A stretch of DNA of 63,687 nucleotides, counting the filler, from Octopus bimaculoides (lineage: Eukaryota): assembly GCF_001194135.2 (NCBI RefSeq). It is 4 parts of 3 records of this genome, joined end to end, with 100 filler letters (N's around TTAATTAATTAA, not from the genome) between each part and the next. Parts side by side here need not be neighbours in the genome. Positions count along the whole stretch, not along the records: positions 1 to 22,291 come from NC_069003.1; 3 more parts are not named here. One strand, 5' to 3'. A model generated the notes under the pieces. That model was given only the letters and a program-made list of their open reading frames with translations, was not told the origin of the DNA and did not search any database. Shown piece after piece: positions 1 through 13,147 of this stretch. Each line of letters opens with the position of its first letter. Positions within the stretch are counted from its first letter, which is position 1. A program made the translations under genes and the position numbers.

Positions 1-234
1 ATGTCAGCGATATATATATAATCAAAATAGGCAACAGGATATCAAAAGGTGATGCAGTATGACTGTTTCAAGCGGATCCATTTAATTGAACAATGCAATC
101 ATTACATCAATTTAAATGCAGGGCTATCCTCAGGTGCATAAAGAAATAGAATTTTTTATCAGTTGGACACATTGGACACATATAATTTTACTCAAATTCT
201 CTAATAGAGCAAAAAGGGAAAAGTCCATGTTGCT
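1..234 (+). repeat. Direct duplicate of 286-~530 flanking a short N gap (probable assembly overlap)
   Basis: Essentially identical sequence on both sides of a 10-N gap. Confidence 0.8.
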
Positions 235-304
235 NNNNNNNNNNAATCTCTATCTTATCTGCATCTTGGAGACTTCGTCGTAGTATGTCAGCGATATATA
301 TATA

Positions 305-2611
305 ATCAAAATAGGCAACAGGATATCAAAAGGTGATGCAGTATGACTGTTTCAAGCGGATCCATTTAATTGAACAATGCAATCATTACATCAATTTAAA
401 TGCAGGGCTATCCTCAGGTGCATAAAGAAATAGAATTTTTTATCAGTTGGACACATTGGACACATATAATTTNNNNNNNNNNTTTTACTCAAATTCTCTA
501 ATAGAGCAAAAAGGGAAAAGTCCATGTTGCTACTAATGTAACTCAGAATATACTACATTTCTAAGAACTGTATGAAGTTTGTTAGGGTCATAGCTTGTAA
601 AGGATTGTGGTTCATTTTTAATTTATTAGTCTTTTTTTATCAACTACCAAATCTAAGGCTAGAGGACAGTGTCTGTTTAGAATGGATAGACAGAATGAGT
701 TGACAGTTTATAGTTGGATATGGTCATAAATATTGTCAGGATTTTAGGAAATGTATAACTAATTGTCCATAAAGGAGGCTGAGTAGGGGAAGACCCTAAA
801 TCAAGATGTTAATTACCAGTTAATGAGGCAAGATGCTAATAAAACCTATGATGTTTATACAGAGGAAATTATCATGGGGTACAATGGATAAATTATTATA
901 AGTGGATATTCAAAAGCTGAAAAAATCCTCCACTTAGCCCACTACTGGAAAATTTTGAAAAAGACTTATTTGAACTAGTTGTCAATGTAAAATTTAAGGA
1001 ACACCCACTTAGAAAAAACTTGCATCTGAAGAAGCTTAGGGACTTTATCAAATCATTGCAGAACAAACCAGGAATACGTGTACCAGCGAATATAGCTGGA
1101 AACTTATATAGACTGGACTGTATTACCTATAGGAGACTAATAATTAAAGAACTAAACGCTAAATATAAAATAACCATGAAAAGAAATCTATTGGACATCA
1201 ACTTAGAAATCAAAAAAATTATGATGGAATATGACTTGACAGACAAGACTGAACCCTTAATACCAAATGAACCAAGGATTAACCTCAAGGACCATAAAAA
1301 GAACTGCCAGGATAATCCTGCTGTTAGACTAATTTGCCCAACTAAGTCCAATAGAGGTCGACTTAGCAAATCTATTCTGGATACTATACTATCCCTAATA
1401 ATTCCTAATCTATCTCTCAAATTATGGTTTGATATAGATGAAGTGATTGGTTTAAATTCATTGAAAATATATGTAATTATTCGTTTATTCAATTTGATAT
1501 TAACAGTTATTATTCAGTATATCTCCTATTCTTCTTAACAAATCTCTAATTTTCACCAAAAATTTTTCTCTTATAACTAGAGATAAAATTGACATTATTC
1601 TTTTAGCTCGGAAGACTATCACAGAATTTGAGGGTAAGCTATGGACAAGGTCCGATACCCCTGATAATTTCAATATAGCAATGGATACGAGTGGTTCGGC
1701 TGAAATCACTAACCTAGTTGGTGCATATCTTTTAAGGTGCCTCAAAACTGAAATCCCTGAATTGCAAGGAGGTTTATATAGAGATGATGCTCTATTCATT
1801 ATCCATAGCAACAATAAATCAGTCATAGAAAGAGTGAGGAAGAGAATTAGAAAATTTTTTAAAAGCTTCAACTGAAGTATTACGTTTGTATATGGCACAA
1901 AAGTGACAAATTTCTTAGACACTCCATTAGACATTAACTCAGTATTATACCACCCCTATAGGTAACCAGGTGAAGTTACGAGGTACATGAACAAATCATC
2001 AAATCACACCCCCTAATGTGTTAAAATCAGTGGTTAAAAGTATTTCAAAGAGAATTACGAAATTATCAGTGAATAAGGACATTTTCAATACCCATTCTTA
2101 CCACAACATTGCTTTGTCTAAAGCAGGATACAACAAGGAAATTACTTTTCTTAGTCCTGAAAGTATAGCACCTAATTATAGTGAAAGTAATGAAATTTTA
2201 AGTGATAGAGGGATTACAAACATACTTGGTTGGGAAAACATACCAACTGGAAAAGCATCCAACAAACCCATCAATTTAAATAAAAAAATAAGCAACAACA
2301 GAAAATTAGATACTGTAACAAGTAGGAATTTTAGTTTAGATAATAAGTGGAGTGAAAGGAATGGGCAGGTTGCTCTACCTTATAAGGATAAGAAAAATAC
2401 TGGTAATAGAGACACACCTAATAATCAAGCCACGATTTTGAAAGGCGTTCAGAGAACAGGTAGATTCTGCCCTTACATGCACCGTAAGTCTGAAAATAAG
2501 GACTTGATTCGGTATAACGTTCCCTTCAACTGTGCCATATCCATAAACATATATAGGAAATTTATGACAATTTAAGAAAAAAAACTTCTCTTCTTCCTAT
2601 CGATATGACAG
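305..2611 (+). mobile_element. Penelope-like element (PLE), decayed reverse transcriptase, 3'-truncated before the GIY-YIG endonuclease
   Basis: Frameshifted/stopped frames give FKS.KNP...LENFEKDLFELV, NPAVRLICPTKS..GRLSK, GSAEITNLVG, GLYRDDAL (YRDD at 1777-1788), NFLD, YMNKSSNH, SISKRITKLS and IRYNVPF, all typical PLE RT motifs. Confidence 0.88.
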
Positions 2612-3248
2612 ATTTTCCAGTAGTGGGTTAGGTGAAGGATTTTTTCTGCTTTTGAATACCCTCTTATAATAATTTATCCATTGTACCCCATGATAATTTT
2701 CTCTGCATTAACACCATAGGTTTTATTCATGTCTTGCCCCATTAACTGGTAATTAACATCTTGATTTAGGGTCTTCCCCTACCCAGCCTCCTTTATGGAC
2801 AATTATTTATACATTTCCTAAAATTCTGGCAATATTCATGACCATACCCAACTATAAACTGTCAATTCACTTTGTCTATCCATTCTAAACAGACACTGTC
2901 CTCTAGCCTTAGATTTGGTAGTTGATAAAAAAAGACTAATAAATTAAAAGTGAGCCACAATCATTTACAAGCTATGACCCTAACAAACTTCATACAGTTC
3001 TTAGAAGTGTAATATATTCTGAGTTACATTAAGTAGCAACATGGACTTTTCCCTTTTTGCTCTATTAGAGAATTTGAGTAAAATCATATGTGTCCAATGT
3101 ATCCAACTGATAAAAAGTTCTATTTATTTATGCACCTGAGGATAGCCCTACATTTAAATTGATGTAATGATTGCATTGTTCAATTAAATGGATCCACTTG
3201 AAACGGTCGTACTGCATCACCTCCTGATATCCTGTTACTTATTTTGAT
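2612..3248 (-). repeat. Inverted copy (~640 bp) of the PLE 5' region 305-953
   Basis: The reverse complement aligns continuously from atcaaaata to ctactggaaaat with scattered substitutions (roughly 90% by eye). Confidence 0.92.
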
Positions 3249-3398
3249 ATTATTCACCCTATTTTGAATTGTACGGATAATACGGCACTGACTTGGTGCT
3301 TCAACTTAATACCTAATTTAACAGAATCTCAATTATTTATATATATATNNNNNNNNNNNNNNNNNNTATATATATACATACATACTTACGTACATACA

Positions 3399-3429
<31 letters not shown>

Positions 3430-3431
<2 letters not shown>

Positions 3432-4095
3432 TGTAAAGTCTTGAAAGAAATGAAGTTAGCAAGCTTCACTGGATGGGTAATGTTATTGTGCACACATGAC
3501 AGAGTGTAAATGATCTAAAAATAAAACTGGGTTAAAAGGTTAAAAGGTATCAGATATTATGTGCAAGAGAGAAGACTGCGCTGGTTTGGTCATGTGGTAT
3601 GTATGGATGAGGACAGCTGCATAAAGAAGTGTTGAGCTCTAATAGTAGTGTATACCTGTAGAAGGGGTACACTCAGGAAGACATGGCATGAAATGGTGAG
3701 AAAGGATCTTTGAACACTGGGCCTCACTGAGGAAATGACAAGAGATTGGGAGTTGTGGCGATTTGCTGTACTTGATAAGACATGTCAAGCAAAGTAAAAT
3801 CTCTGTTTTCCACACATACTGGTGTGTCCTTTTAGGTGCCAGTGTCACAGAACAAGCACCCATGCCAGTGCTGTGTAAACACACGTGTACCGGTGGCATG
3901 TAAAAAGCACCCAGCTTACCCTGTAAAGTGGTTGGTGTTAAGAAGGGCATCCAGCTATAGAAACCATGCCAAAACAGATAGATGGAATTTGGACTGTTCC
4001 CAGCTGGCCAGCTTCATGCTAAACCATCCAACTTGTGCCATCATAGAAAATTAACGTTAAATGACGATGTTGATGATGATGATGATGATGATATA
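3430..4095 (+). mobile_element. RTE-clade LINE 3' fragment with 3' UTR and (GAT)n tail
   Basis: RRLRWFGHVV.MDEDSCIKKC...RKTW.E.VRKDL..LGLTEEMT.D..LW.FAVL, then the recurrent aagggcatccagct...catgc...gttaaatgacgatg tail. Confidence 0.85.
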
Positions 4096-5099
4096 TGTAG
4101 AAGCAGCTTTACTGTGGACCAGACTGCCCAACATTGAAGCACCCATAGCATAATATCACTTCTGCTGGTCAGGATACATGCTTATACTTCTAATGTGCCT
4201 CCCCCATCAACTCCTCTTTGCAGAGTTACCCTCAAGCACCAGACCACATGGAGCCTCCAAATTGCAGGGGGCCAGCTCAAGGCCACTCTCCTCTACTGCT
4301 CCGTTGACCCAGTTATCTGGAAGACAATTGCCAAGTCCATCCAAAGTGGTGGCATGTCATTGTCAAGGGAACAGACAAGATGGAAAATAACAGATGTCAA
4401 GAAGCAGAGATCAGACACTGAAAATGCAAAAAGAGACTTGGTAGAGGACAAGGAAAATCAAGTCTCTTTCAGCATTTTATATATACCATTAGCATTAACT
4501 CATATCTGAGTAGTTAATCTGTAGTGAGTGATTGCACCTCTTTATCCTGATAGGTGTGAAGGGTGCCAATGCGTGAGGTGTCTGTTCAAGCCAAAAGTGG
4601 TATTGAAGATCTGGGGGGGNNNNNNNNNNNNNNNNNNNNNGGGGGGGGGGGGCATTTATCACATATTTGTGTGTGTGTGTATGTGTGTATGTGTGTGTGT
4701 GTGTTTATGTGTATTATATAAATGCAAGTGTATGTGGTTATGTGTGTGTTTAGCCCAAAAAGGCTCTGAAACAAAATGATGCATCCTCAAAAATAATGAA
4801 TTTGATTTTCAAAATCTGCATCCCACAGACAATGTTGTACATAAATAATAATAATAAAAAATATATAATTTTCTGCGAGAAATAGCTGAACTTTTAGATC
4901 AATAAATCTCCCACTCTCTATTTATCACTATCAAACTATTTCTTTCTATATATCTACCCTACTCTTTGACATTTACTCTCTTTGTGTTTGTATTAACTCT
5001 CATGCATAACTTTTCATTTTCTAATAACTCTTACTCTTTAACTTGTTTCAGCTTTGAAGTTGGGGTCGTGCTGGGTCACCACTGTTGGCTGTGCTACAC

Positions 5100-7240
5100 C
5101 TTCATTATTTCAGACCTCTTCTGATATGTGGTATTTGGTGAATGAGAGAGTTTGATACTGCTACCTTCATCTGTGTTTCCTGCTTTGAGATAAGCTTATC
5201 TGGAACTCTTGACAGGAGGAGATCCAGTTGTGTTTTGAAGGCACCTACATCCACATCATGCAGGTCTTTCTGACATTTTGGTAGAATATTGAAGAGCTGT
5301 GGGTCCTTGAAACCCAAGCTGTTGCAGTACCTGGTCCTGTGTTTTGATGACAATGGTGGGATCTTTGGCACTATGCAGCAGCACCTCATTCTCCTATTTG
5401 TGTAACTTTCAATGCCAAAGTTTGGTACAAGGCCTTCCAGGATTTTCCAGGTGTATATCACTACATATCTTTCATGCCTTCATTCTAGGGAGAAGAGTCT
5501 TAACTCTTTCAGCTTTTCCCAGTAGCTGATATGTTGCATTGAGACAATTTTCTTTGTGTAGGTTTGTTGGATTGCTTTGAGTTCTACCATTAATTTTATA
5601 TTGTGTGGTGACCATAGTTGGGAGCAGAAGTTCAAGCAGCTGAGGACATATGTGCTCCAAAGGACCATCATAGTTTCCTTTTCTCTCATCTGAAAGTTTG
5701 GAGGATCCATCCAGCTAGATGTCAGCATTTTATTGCTAAATTAGTGATACGCACCTGGAAAGATGCATCATTGCTCATTTCAATGCCACGGTCACACACT
5801 GATTTTGATTCAGGAATTGCAATTCCTCTTCTGCATTTCATTCAGCTTTGTGTGCTGGTAGCACAGGGCTTGGGATTTTCCAGTATCAAACTGCACGTTG
5901 TTGCCTTCAGCCCACCTATATATTGCATCCAACTCCCATTGCAGGTGTGCAATATTTCCAGGGTTCTGAATCGTCTGAGAGACTTTTGTGTCATATGCAA
6001 AGTTGGCAAGGGTGGCTATTTGAGCAGCTGAGAATATGTCTGAGAGGGTCACTATGAATAGCAGTGGCCTTAAGACAGTGCCCTGTGGAACACCACTTGT
6101 ATTTCCTTTGAGATGGCTCCATTGGCCATCCCTGCCTGACTTCTGTCTTTTAGAAAGTCATGTAGCCATTCTCTAAATTTTCTGACTATGCCGAGATTAT
6201 GCAGTTTGTGACATATCATACCATGGTCAACTCTATTAAAGGCTTTTGCAAAGTCATGATATATCACGTCTACATTTGAGTTTTTGAGCAACTGCTTTAG
6301 CACACAATCATAGTGATGCAAGAGCTGTGTCAGGCAGCTTCTATGTGGTTGAAAACCATGCTGGGTGTCAGTCAGCAAGTCATTTTCTTCAAGGAAAGCC
6401 ATTAGTTTAGAATGAATTGTCTTGCAGACTATATATTCCATGACTTTGTTGATGTGTGAGGTCAGAGATATAGGCCTATAATTTTTAGCATCTGCTCTGC
6501 TTCCTTCTTTGTGGACAGGGCATATTATTCCTTCCTTCAATTTTATTCTGGGATCTTACCACTTGCAAGGAAGCTCTGAAAAAGAAGCTGCAGTTGTTTT
6601 GCAAGGCTTGTTTTGCTTGGTTTGAGAAGGATTGCTGGGAATCGATCGGGGCCAGCAGCTGAGTTTGAGTCTACCTCATTTATGGCTAGTATTATTTTTA
6701 ATGTCAGTGAAATCAATTTTCACCTCTTTGGCTACAGGTGAAGTGGCAAAGAATTTTGTTGGTTTGTTCTCTTATATTTTGGTATGTATACTCCTGCATC
6801 CCTTATATCAGTTCTAAGATGCATTTCCACAAGTGCTATGCATAAGGCTTAATTGCATGCAGTAAAATCTCTCAAGAAAGAGATTTTGTTATTCAGTTGA
6901 GCAGCAACGGATTTCTGATGTTCAAAAGAAATATTTGAGTGACGCCTGTGTTGGTGTTAGTGGTGGCCATCCTGTATCTGTTGTCTGCAGTTTCCTAGTG
7001 TGGTGGTGGGTGTAGTTCCAAGCTTGTGCTTGTAGCCAGGTCAGCTGCAATGCACAAAAAAGATTTTTGTTCAGCTGCTGCCTTTTTCACATCTGAGACT
7101 GGCTGTTTGTTGGGTGAGCACTACATCTCATTTTGTCTTTGGAGAGTGGGTAGGGAGCAATTTTTTTGTTATTTGCTGCCTTTCCTTCTGTTCTCTTCCT
7201 GGAAGCGAGTATTGTTTTGAGCCCATGCAGTTTTTTCAAG
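5100..7240 (-). mobile_element. CR1/L2-group LINE remnant, internally deleted (APE start joined to RT and 3' end)
   Basis: HKEGSRADAKNYRPISLTSH, QHGF....SCLTQLL, DFAKAFNRVDH, FAYDTK, QLFNILPK; APE N-terminus-like ALVEMHL at ~6850. Confidence 0.88.
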
Positions 7241-7245
7241 AAATG

Positions 7246-7409
7246 TTATTCAACAAAAACAATAACAAGTAACAAAAAAAAATGTATATGATTATTCCGG
7301 AGCATATTCACCATCTACTTCAATTACTGATTCCCATTTGCTTGTTAGACGGTCAGACCGTCATTTAAAGATGTCTTTGTTAAATATTGTTATTGTTTTT
7401 GTTGAATAA
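7246..7409. mobile_element. MITE-like segment with perfect 23-bp terminal inverted repeats
   Basis: ttattcaacaaaaacaataacaa (7246-7268) and its exact reverse complement (7387-7409); no clear TSD. Confidence 0.45.
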
Positions 7410-7477
7410 AATTTGTTGAAAAAAAGCCACAGTAATTATGCACCAACCCAATAATTCAAACTAGATTAAACAATTTC

Positions 7478-7480
7478 ATA

Positions 7481-7514
<34 letters not shown>

Positions 7515-8420
7515 TTGACGACGATGACGATGACAACGAAAATAGTGGTGGTGGTGATATAGTGATGTTGATGATGATAGTGTTGTTGTTGGTGGTGATG
7601 GTGGTGGTGGGGCTGCTGCCAGTGATGATGATGACAATCATGATGGTAATTAAGATAATGATGGTGGTGATTGAGAGGACTGTGGGTGCTAATTAGGGTA
7701 ACAATGGTGGTTGTTGTTGTTGTGATGATGATGATGACAAAGAGGAAGAGAAGGAGGAGGCGGAGGACAATGATGCTGATGGCAATTATGGTAATGATGA
7801 TGGTGATGATTGTGGGTAATAATTACGGTGACAATGGCGGTGGTAGTGGTGATGATGGTGATGGTGGTGGTGGTGGTGGTGGTGATAATATAAGTTAAAA
7901 CAAAGGATTGGTTGGTTTGTCCCCTCCTCCCACCACTACCACTATTAAATACGGCAATAAAATTAAATGAATTACACAAAGACAGTGGTGGTGGTGGTGA
8001 ATGCAATGGCTGGCTGGTTGCATTATGCTGACTGTGGTTCACTGTCAGTAGTAGTAGTAGTAGTAGTGGTAGTGGTAGTGGTGGTGGTGGTGATGGTGGT
8101 GGTGGTGGTGGTGATTCACTTTTGGTAAATGTAGTGACATTAAATGTAGTTATAGAAGTGGTGGTGGTGGTGATGAAGGTGTTAGTAGGGGAGATGGTGG
8201 AGGTGGTGATAGCGGTGTTGGTGGTGTTGGTGGTGTTGGTGGTGGAGGTGGTGGAGGAGGTAGTGGTGGTGGTAGTGGTGTTAATGGTGGAGGTGGTGGT
8301 GGTGGTGGTGTTGTTGCGGCTGATAATGGTGGAGTGGAGATAATGGTAGTACTATGAAATAGTAATAGAAGCGAGGGGTTGTGATGGTGGTGGTGGTTGG
8401 CTATGTTATTGTGGGGTGGG
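7478..8420. repeat. Compound trinucleotide microsatellite (GAT/GGT/GTT/AGT)
   Basis: Directly visible; source of the poly-V/M/S/T ORFs. Confidence 0.95.
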
Positions 8421-8829
8421 GGTAGATGGTAGTGCCAGAAGCAGAAATCTAAGTTATCGCCAGGAAAATAGGCCGTCCTTGTTGGTTCCTGCTTCCTTCA
8501 CCTCACCAAGAACTTCTCTATCAAAAGAAAAAAGAAGAATCTTTCTCTAAAGAAACCCATCAGAATCAACAATGAAATGGGTCTACTGTGAACTTTTCTT
8601 CCCAATTCCGCTGACAATGATTCATGAGATGCATGTGGCTGGGTTGGTAGAGCAATGTGTGTCGGATTATCAAACTTAAATGTCCTTGGTTCAAGTTGTT
8701 GTCACATCTTACTGAATGTGTTTTGCTATAGACAACATATATTCTTCTCTTTTTATTTTATTAAAAAAATTTTTTTTACCTCCTCCATCTTCATCATTGA
8801 TGAGTTGTGGATGTCAAAAGGATTTCACT

Positions 8830-8854
8830 AATGCTGGTGATGATGAAGAAGACA

Positions 8855-8887
<33 letters not shown>

Positions 8888-9195
8888 GTGACAATGGTGG
8901 TGTTGATGATGATGATGGTGATGATCATGTAGATGATAATGATGATGATGATGATGCTGATGATGATGATGACGATGGTGATGACCCAGTTGATGATAAT
9001 TATTCTGTTGCTGAAAATGATGATAATGATGATGATGAGGTGATTCTGTTCATGTGGATGATGTGACCTGGGTGATGATGATGATAATGATACTGTTGAT
9101 GACGTTTCTGTTGATGATAATGATGATGTTAGTGGTGGTGAGGATGATGATGATGGTGATTCTGCTGCTGTTTACTGCTGCTGCTGCTGCTGATA
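8830..9195. repeat. Compound (GAT)n/(GCT)n microsatellite
   Basis: Directly visible; source of the poly-D ORF 8716-9066. Confidence 0.95.
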
Positions 9196-9566
9196 GTTTC
9201 TGATTTAGGCACAAGGTTAGCAATTTTTGCAGGAATTTGGTTAATCAATTACACCAACTCCAGCACTAAATCCCCCCACCCCACCTCCAGTTTTATTAAT
9301 GTTATCCAATTTAGGCAACAAGCCAAGCAGCTTTAGCTTTGAGGGGAGGCATTTAGTCAACTATGTTGAATCCAGAACTTGACAAGTATCTTATTTTATT
9401 GATCCTGAAAGGAATCCAAGACTAAGTTGACCTCAGCAGATTTGAACCCAGAATGTAAAGAGTTGGAACAAATACCACAAAACATTTTTTCCAATGCTAA
9501 TGATTCTGCCACTTTGCCATCTTCAAATTCTAATTTATAATAATGAGTTTTTTTAATTAATTGACA

Positions 9567-9750
9567 GCCATGGATGACTGGGTGGTTAAGAAGTTTGCTT
9601 TGTGACTGAATGATATTAGGTTCAATCCCACAGCACTTTGGGCAAGTGTTTTCTACTATAGCTCTGGGCCAAGTAAAACCTTCTGAGTGGATTTGGTAGA
9701 GAGAAATAGTGTGGAAGCCCCTTCTGTGTGATGTATATATGTCTGTGCAT
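9567..9750 (+). mobile_element. tRNA-headed SINE family A, 5' part, degraded
   Basis: Degenerate A/B boxes, then ttgggcaagtg.tt.tactatagc and gagtggatttggtaga as in other copies. Confidence 0.7.
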
Positions 9751-10037
9751 GTGTGTGTGTGTTTACATACATACATATATATATGCATGCATGCATGAAT
9801 ACATACATACATACATACATACGTATGTGTATATATATATAATAATAATGAAAGGGTAAAATTAGTTAATTGATTAATCAATTAATTAATTAATTGATTG
9901 ATTAATTGATTGTGTATTACTGTCTAGGAGATCTTTATGGTAGTAGAAAAGGCATTTAGCTCCTATTTCTAAATCAGTACGTGGCGGAGCAACTAGCTGA
10001 CCCCTGATTATAATTATGTATATAATTATAGAATATT

Positions 10038-10084
<47 letters not shown>

Positions 10085-10099
10085 ATATNNNNNNNNNNT

Positions 10100-10146
<47 letters not shown>

Positions 10147-10171
10147 ATATACTTATATATATGTATATATA

Positions 10172-11000
10172 CAGGGTGCAATGGGTAAATTGTTGCTATT
10201 TTATATTTTTAATTTCATGCATCCACTTTGTTTGATTTTGATTTTGTCAACTAAACGGTATAGTAGGATCAGTTGGGCACCATCTGAGAAAAACAGCACC
10301 ATGACGCAATTCACTCTGCCAGAAATTTGGAAATGACATACTGTACTACTTGGCATTCACACTGGAGGCTCCAATACCAACATTTCAGAGTGTTAGGGTG
10401 TCAACCTGAGGACATGTACTGAGAATTTGGAGTGATCACTAGTGATGGTGATGTTATGCCTCCATTCATCTTCTCATACAGCCTCAGACACAACACAGAA
10501 GCCTACATCAAGTGCCCGGAGGAAGTAGTGCTGCCCTGGGTCAAGAGGATGGCTGCTTGAAGACCCTAAGTCTGGCAACAAGACTCTGCACCAGGCCACA
10601 CAAGCATGAGAACCTAGTCATGGCTATCAGACAATTTCTGTGACCACATCACCCCTACCATTGGTCACCTAACTCCCCAGACTACAACCCCTTGATTATT
10701 ATGAGTGGGGCACAGTTGAGTGAGAGATCAACAAAACTCTTTGTAACATCAACAATGAACTGAAGGCAAGGATTATGGCAGCATTCACCAACTTAAACAA
10801 AGAGACCGTCCAGAAGATTCTGAAGTCATCTGGAATCTCCTCCAACTCTTGGCTGAAACCAATGGCGATTTTATTGAATAATTTACTCTTCAATATTTCA
10901 AGATATTTCTATGTAATTTCAGTAAATATATCTTTTAAAATGAGATGTCAGTGTTATTTTCATTTTTGCGCAATTTAGATGACAGTTTATTTACTGCATC

Positions 11001-11005
<5 letters not shown>
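10172..11005 (+). mobile_element. Tc1/mariner-superfamily remnant (internally deleted; maT/DD37D-like motifs)
   Basis: Begins TA|cagggtgca, ends in a loosely complementary gcatcctctg; decayed frames give GVITSDGDVMPPFIF, WQQDSAP.HT and NSPD.NPLDYY.WG.VE. Confidence 0.8.
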
Positions 11006-11061
<56 letters not shown>

Positions 11062-11435
11062 TTGGATTTTTACATGGGTGTGTCTTTCTGTATCTGTAGG
11101 TGCCTCAGAGTGTGTCCATACATATATATATATACAAATACTTCCATTAATACATCTAATAACTTTTTGCCCATACACTTTTCTTATATACATCTGTATT
11201 GACTTTCTCATTGTTGATGCCATTCCATATACAGGCACAATTGTAATTCTTTCCCAAATAAATTGCACTTCATAGTCAAGGTTCTGATGAAGCAATAAGT
11301 TATCACTCAGGTACTCAAATATGAATCCACTGCATCTTATAGCAGAAACAGCTATAAGCAAATGAAGTTTATAAGATAATTGTTCATTCCTTTGTCATCT
11401 CATTTTCTTATTACTGCACTGTACTCAGCCAACAC

Positions 11436-11724
11436 TTCATGTGTAGTAAAAAGTTTTCTTCCTAACCACATGGTTCCAGGTTCATTCCCTGTGTGGCCTT
11501 GGGCTGATCAAAGCTTTGCAAGTGGATTTGGTAAGAGCTTTCCCATTGATAATGGCTAAAGAGCTAGGAACGCATCTGGGAATCTGATAGTAGGCAACTT
11601 TGGGCAGATATGGTGTTTTTACACCTTTTTACCATGAGAGACATTTTTCTCCGCAGTAAATGCAGAAAATTTGCCTTTAGAGGTTGAAATATGTCACAAA
11701 CATATTTTAACTAATCTAAAGTTC

Positions 11725-11774
<50 letters not shown>

Positions 11775-11966
11775 CTTTGTGCATGTGTTTATCTTCTGAA
11801 CATCACTTGACAACTGGTGTTGGTGTGTTTATGTCCCCATAACTTAGCAGTTTGGCAATAAAAAAACAACAGAATTAGTCAATTCATTCAATTTAAATTC
11901 TTCCATATGATGCCCCAGCATGGCCGCTGTCTAAATGACTGAAACACATAAAAGATAAAAGATAAA
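11436..11966 (+). mobile_element. SINE family A, interrupted, with internal (TG)n and gactgaaac...aaaagat tail
   Basis: Head at 11436-11535 and 3' half at 11773-11966 match other family A copies. Confidence 0.7.
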
Positions 11967-12469
11967 TCAACACAAATCACACCACATGCTACATTTTCCT
12001 CAATTATTTGAATTTCCGTGTGTAGAATACAAATTCACAAACATTTTCTGAAAATTCCAGAAAATAAAAAAATTACAAGGGGTTGTATGAAATGCTTAAA
12101 CCAGAATTCCACTGGATTTTCTACAATCAGATGCCCTTCCAGTTGCCAACTCTCATCAGATTCCAAACAAGGAAATATTTCTACATAGTCAGACATGTTT
12201 CCATGGAAGATTGGAAACGAAGGACACTGCTTGTATGATAGTGATACTTGTTTACAACTCCCATGGAAAGTCAAAGCAAAGAAACATTAATACACAGAAT
12301 GTAAAGACAATAATACACAGAACAGACATACTAAGTCTCCCTGAGAACTACATTAAGGGTACATATGTCTGTGGAATGCTCAGCCACTTGCACATTAATT
12401 TCACGAGCAGGCTGTTCCATTGATCAGATCAAATGGAACACTTGTTGTCGTAACTGATGGATGTCAGTT

Positions 12470-12755
<286 letters not shown>

Positions 12756-13103
12756 ATGTACATACTTGAGGAGACACATCTACACCGACAGATACACCTA
12801 AATCAGATGCTCAGTATCCCACTCATGAGGGATTGATGCTAGATAGGTCAACAGTTGTAGTGATCAACAAACATTCTTGTCTTTTCCGTCTTCCGTCTCT
12901 CTCGTTAATCAAATATATATATATATATATATATATANNNNNNNNNNNNNNNNNNNNNNNNNNNNNNNNNNNNNNNNNNNNNNNNNNNNNNNNNNNNNNN
13001 NNNNNNNNNNNNNNNNNNNNNNNNNNNNNNNNNNNNNNNNNNNNNNNNNNNNNNNNNNNNNNNNNNNNNNNNNNNNNNNNNNNNNNNNNNNNNNNNNNNN
13101 NNN

Positions 13104-13147
<44 letters not shown>

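Noticed and set aside
1-530. Tandem duplication as a biological LTR-like repeat
   Set aside because: Near-identical copies either side of a 10-N gap are best explained as an unmerged contig overlap.
12140-12165. Minus-strand CUGAUGA plus AGUUG/CAACU stem
   Set aside because: Followed by GGAAG, not GAAA; part of a SINE/RTE tail.
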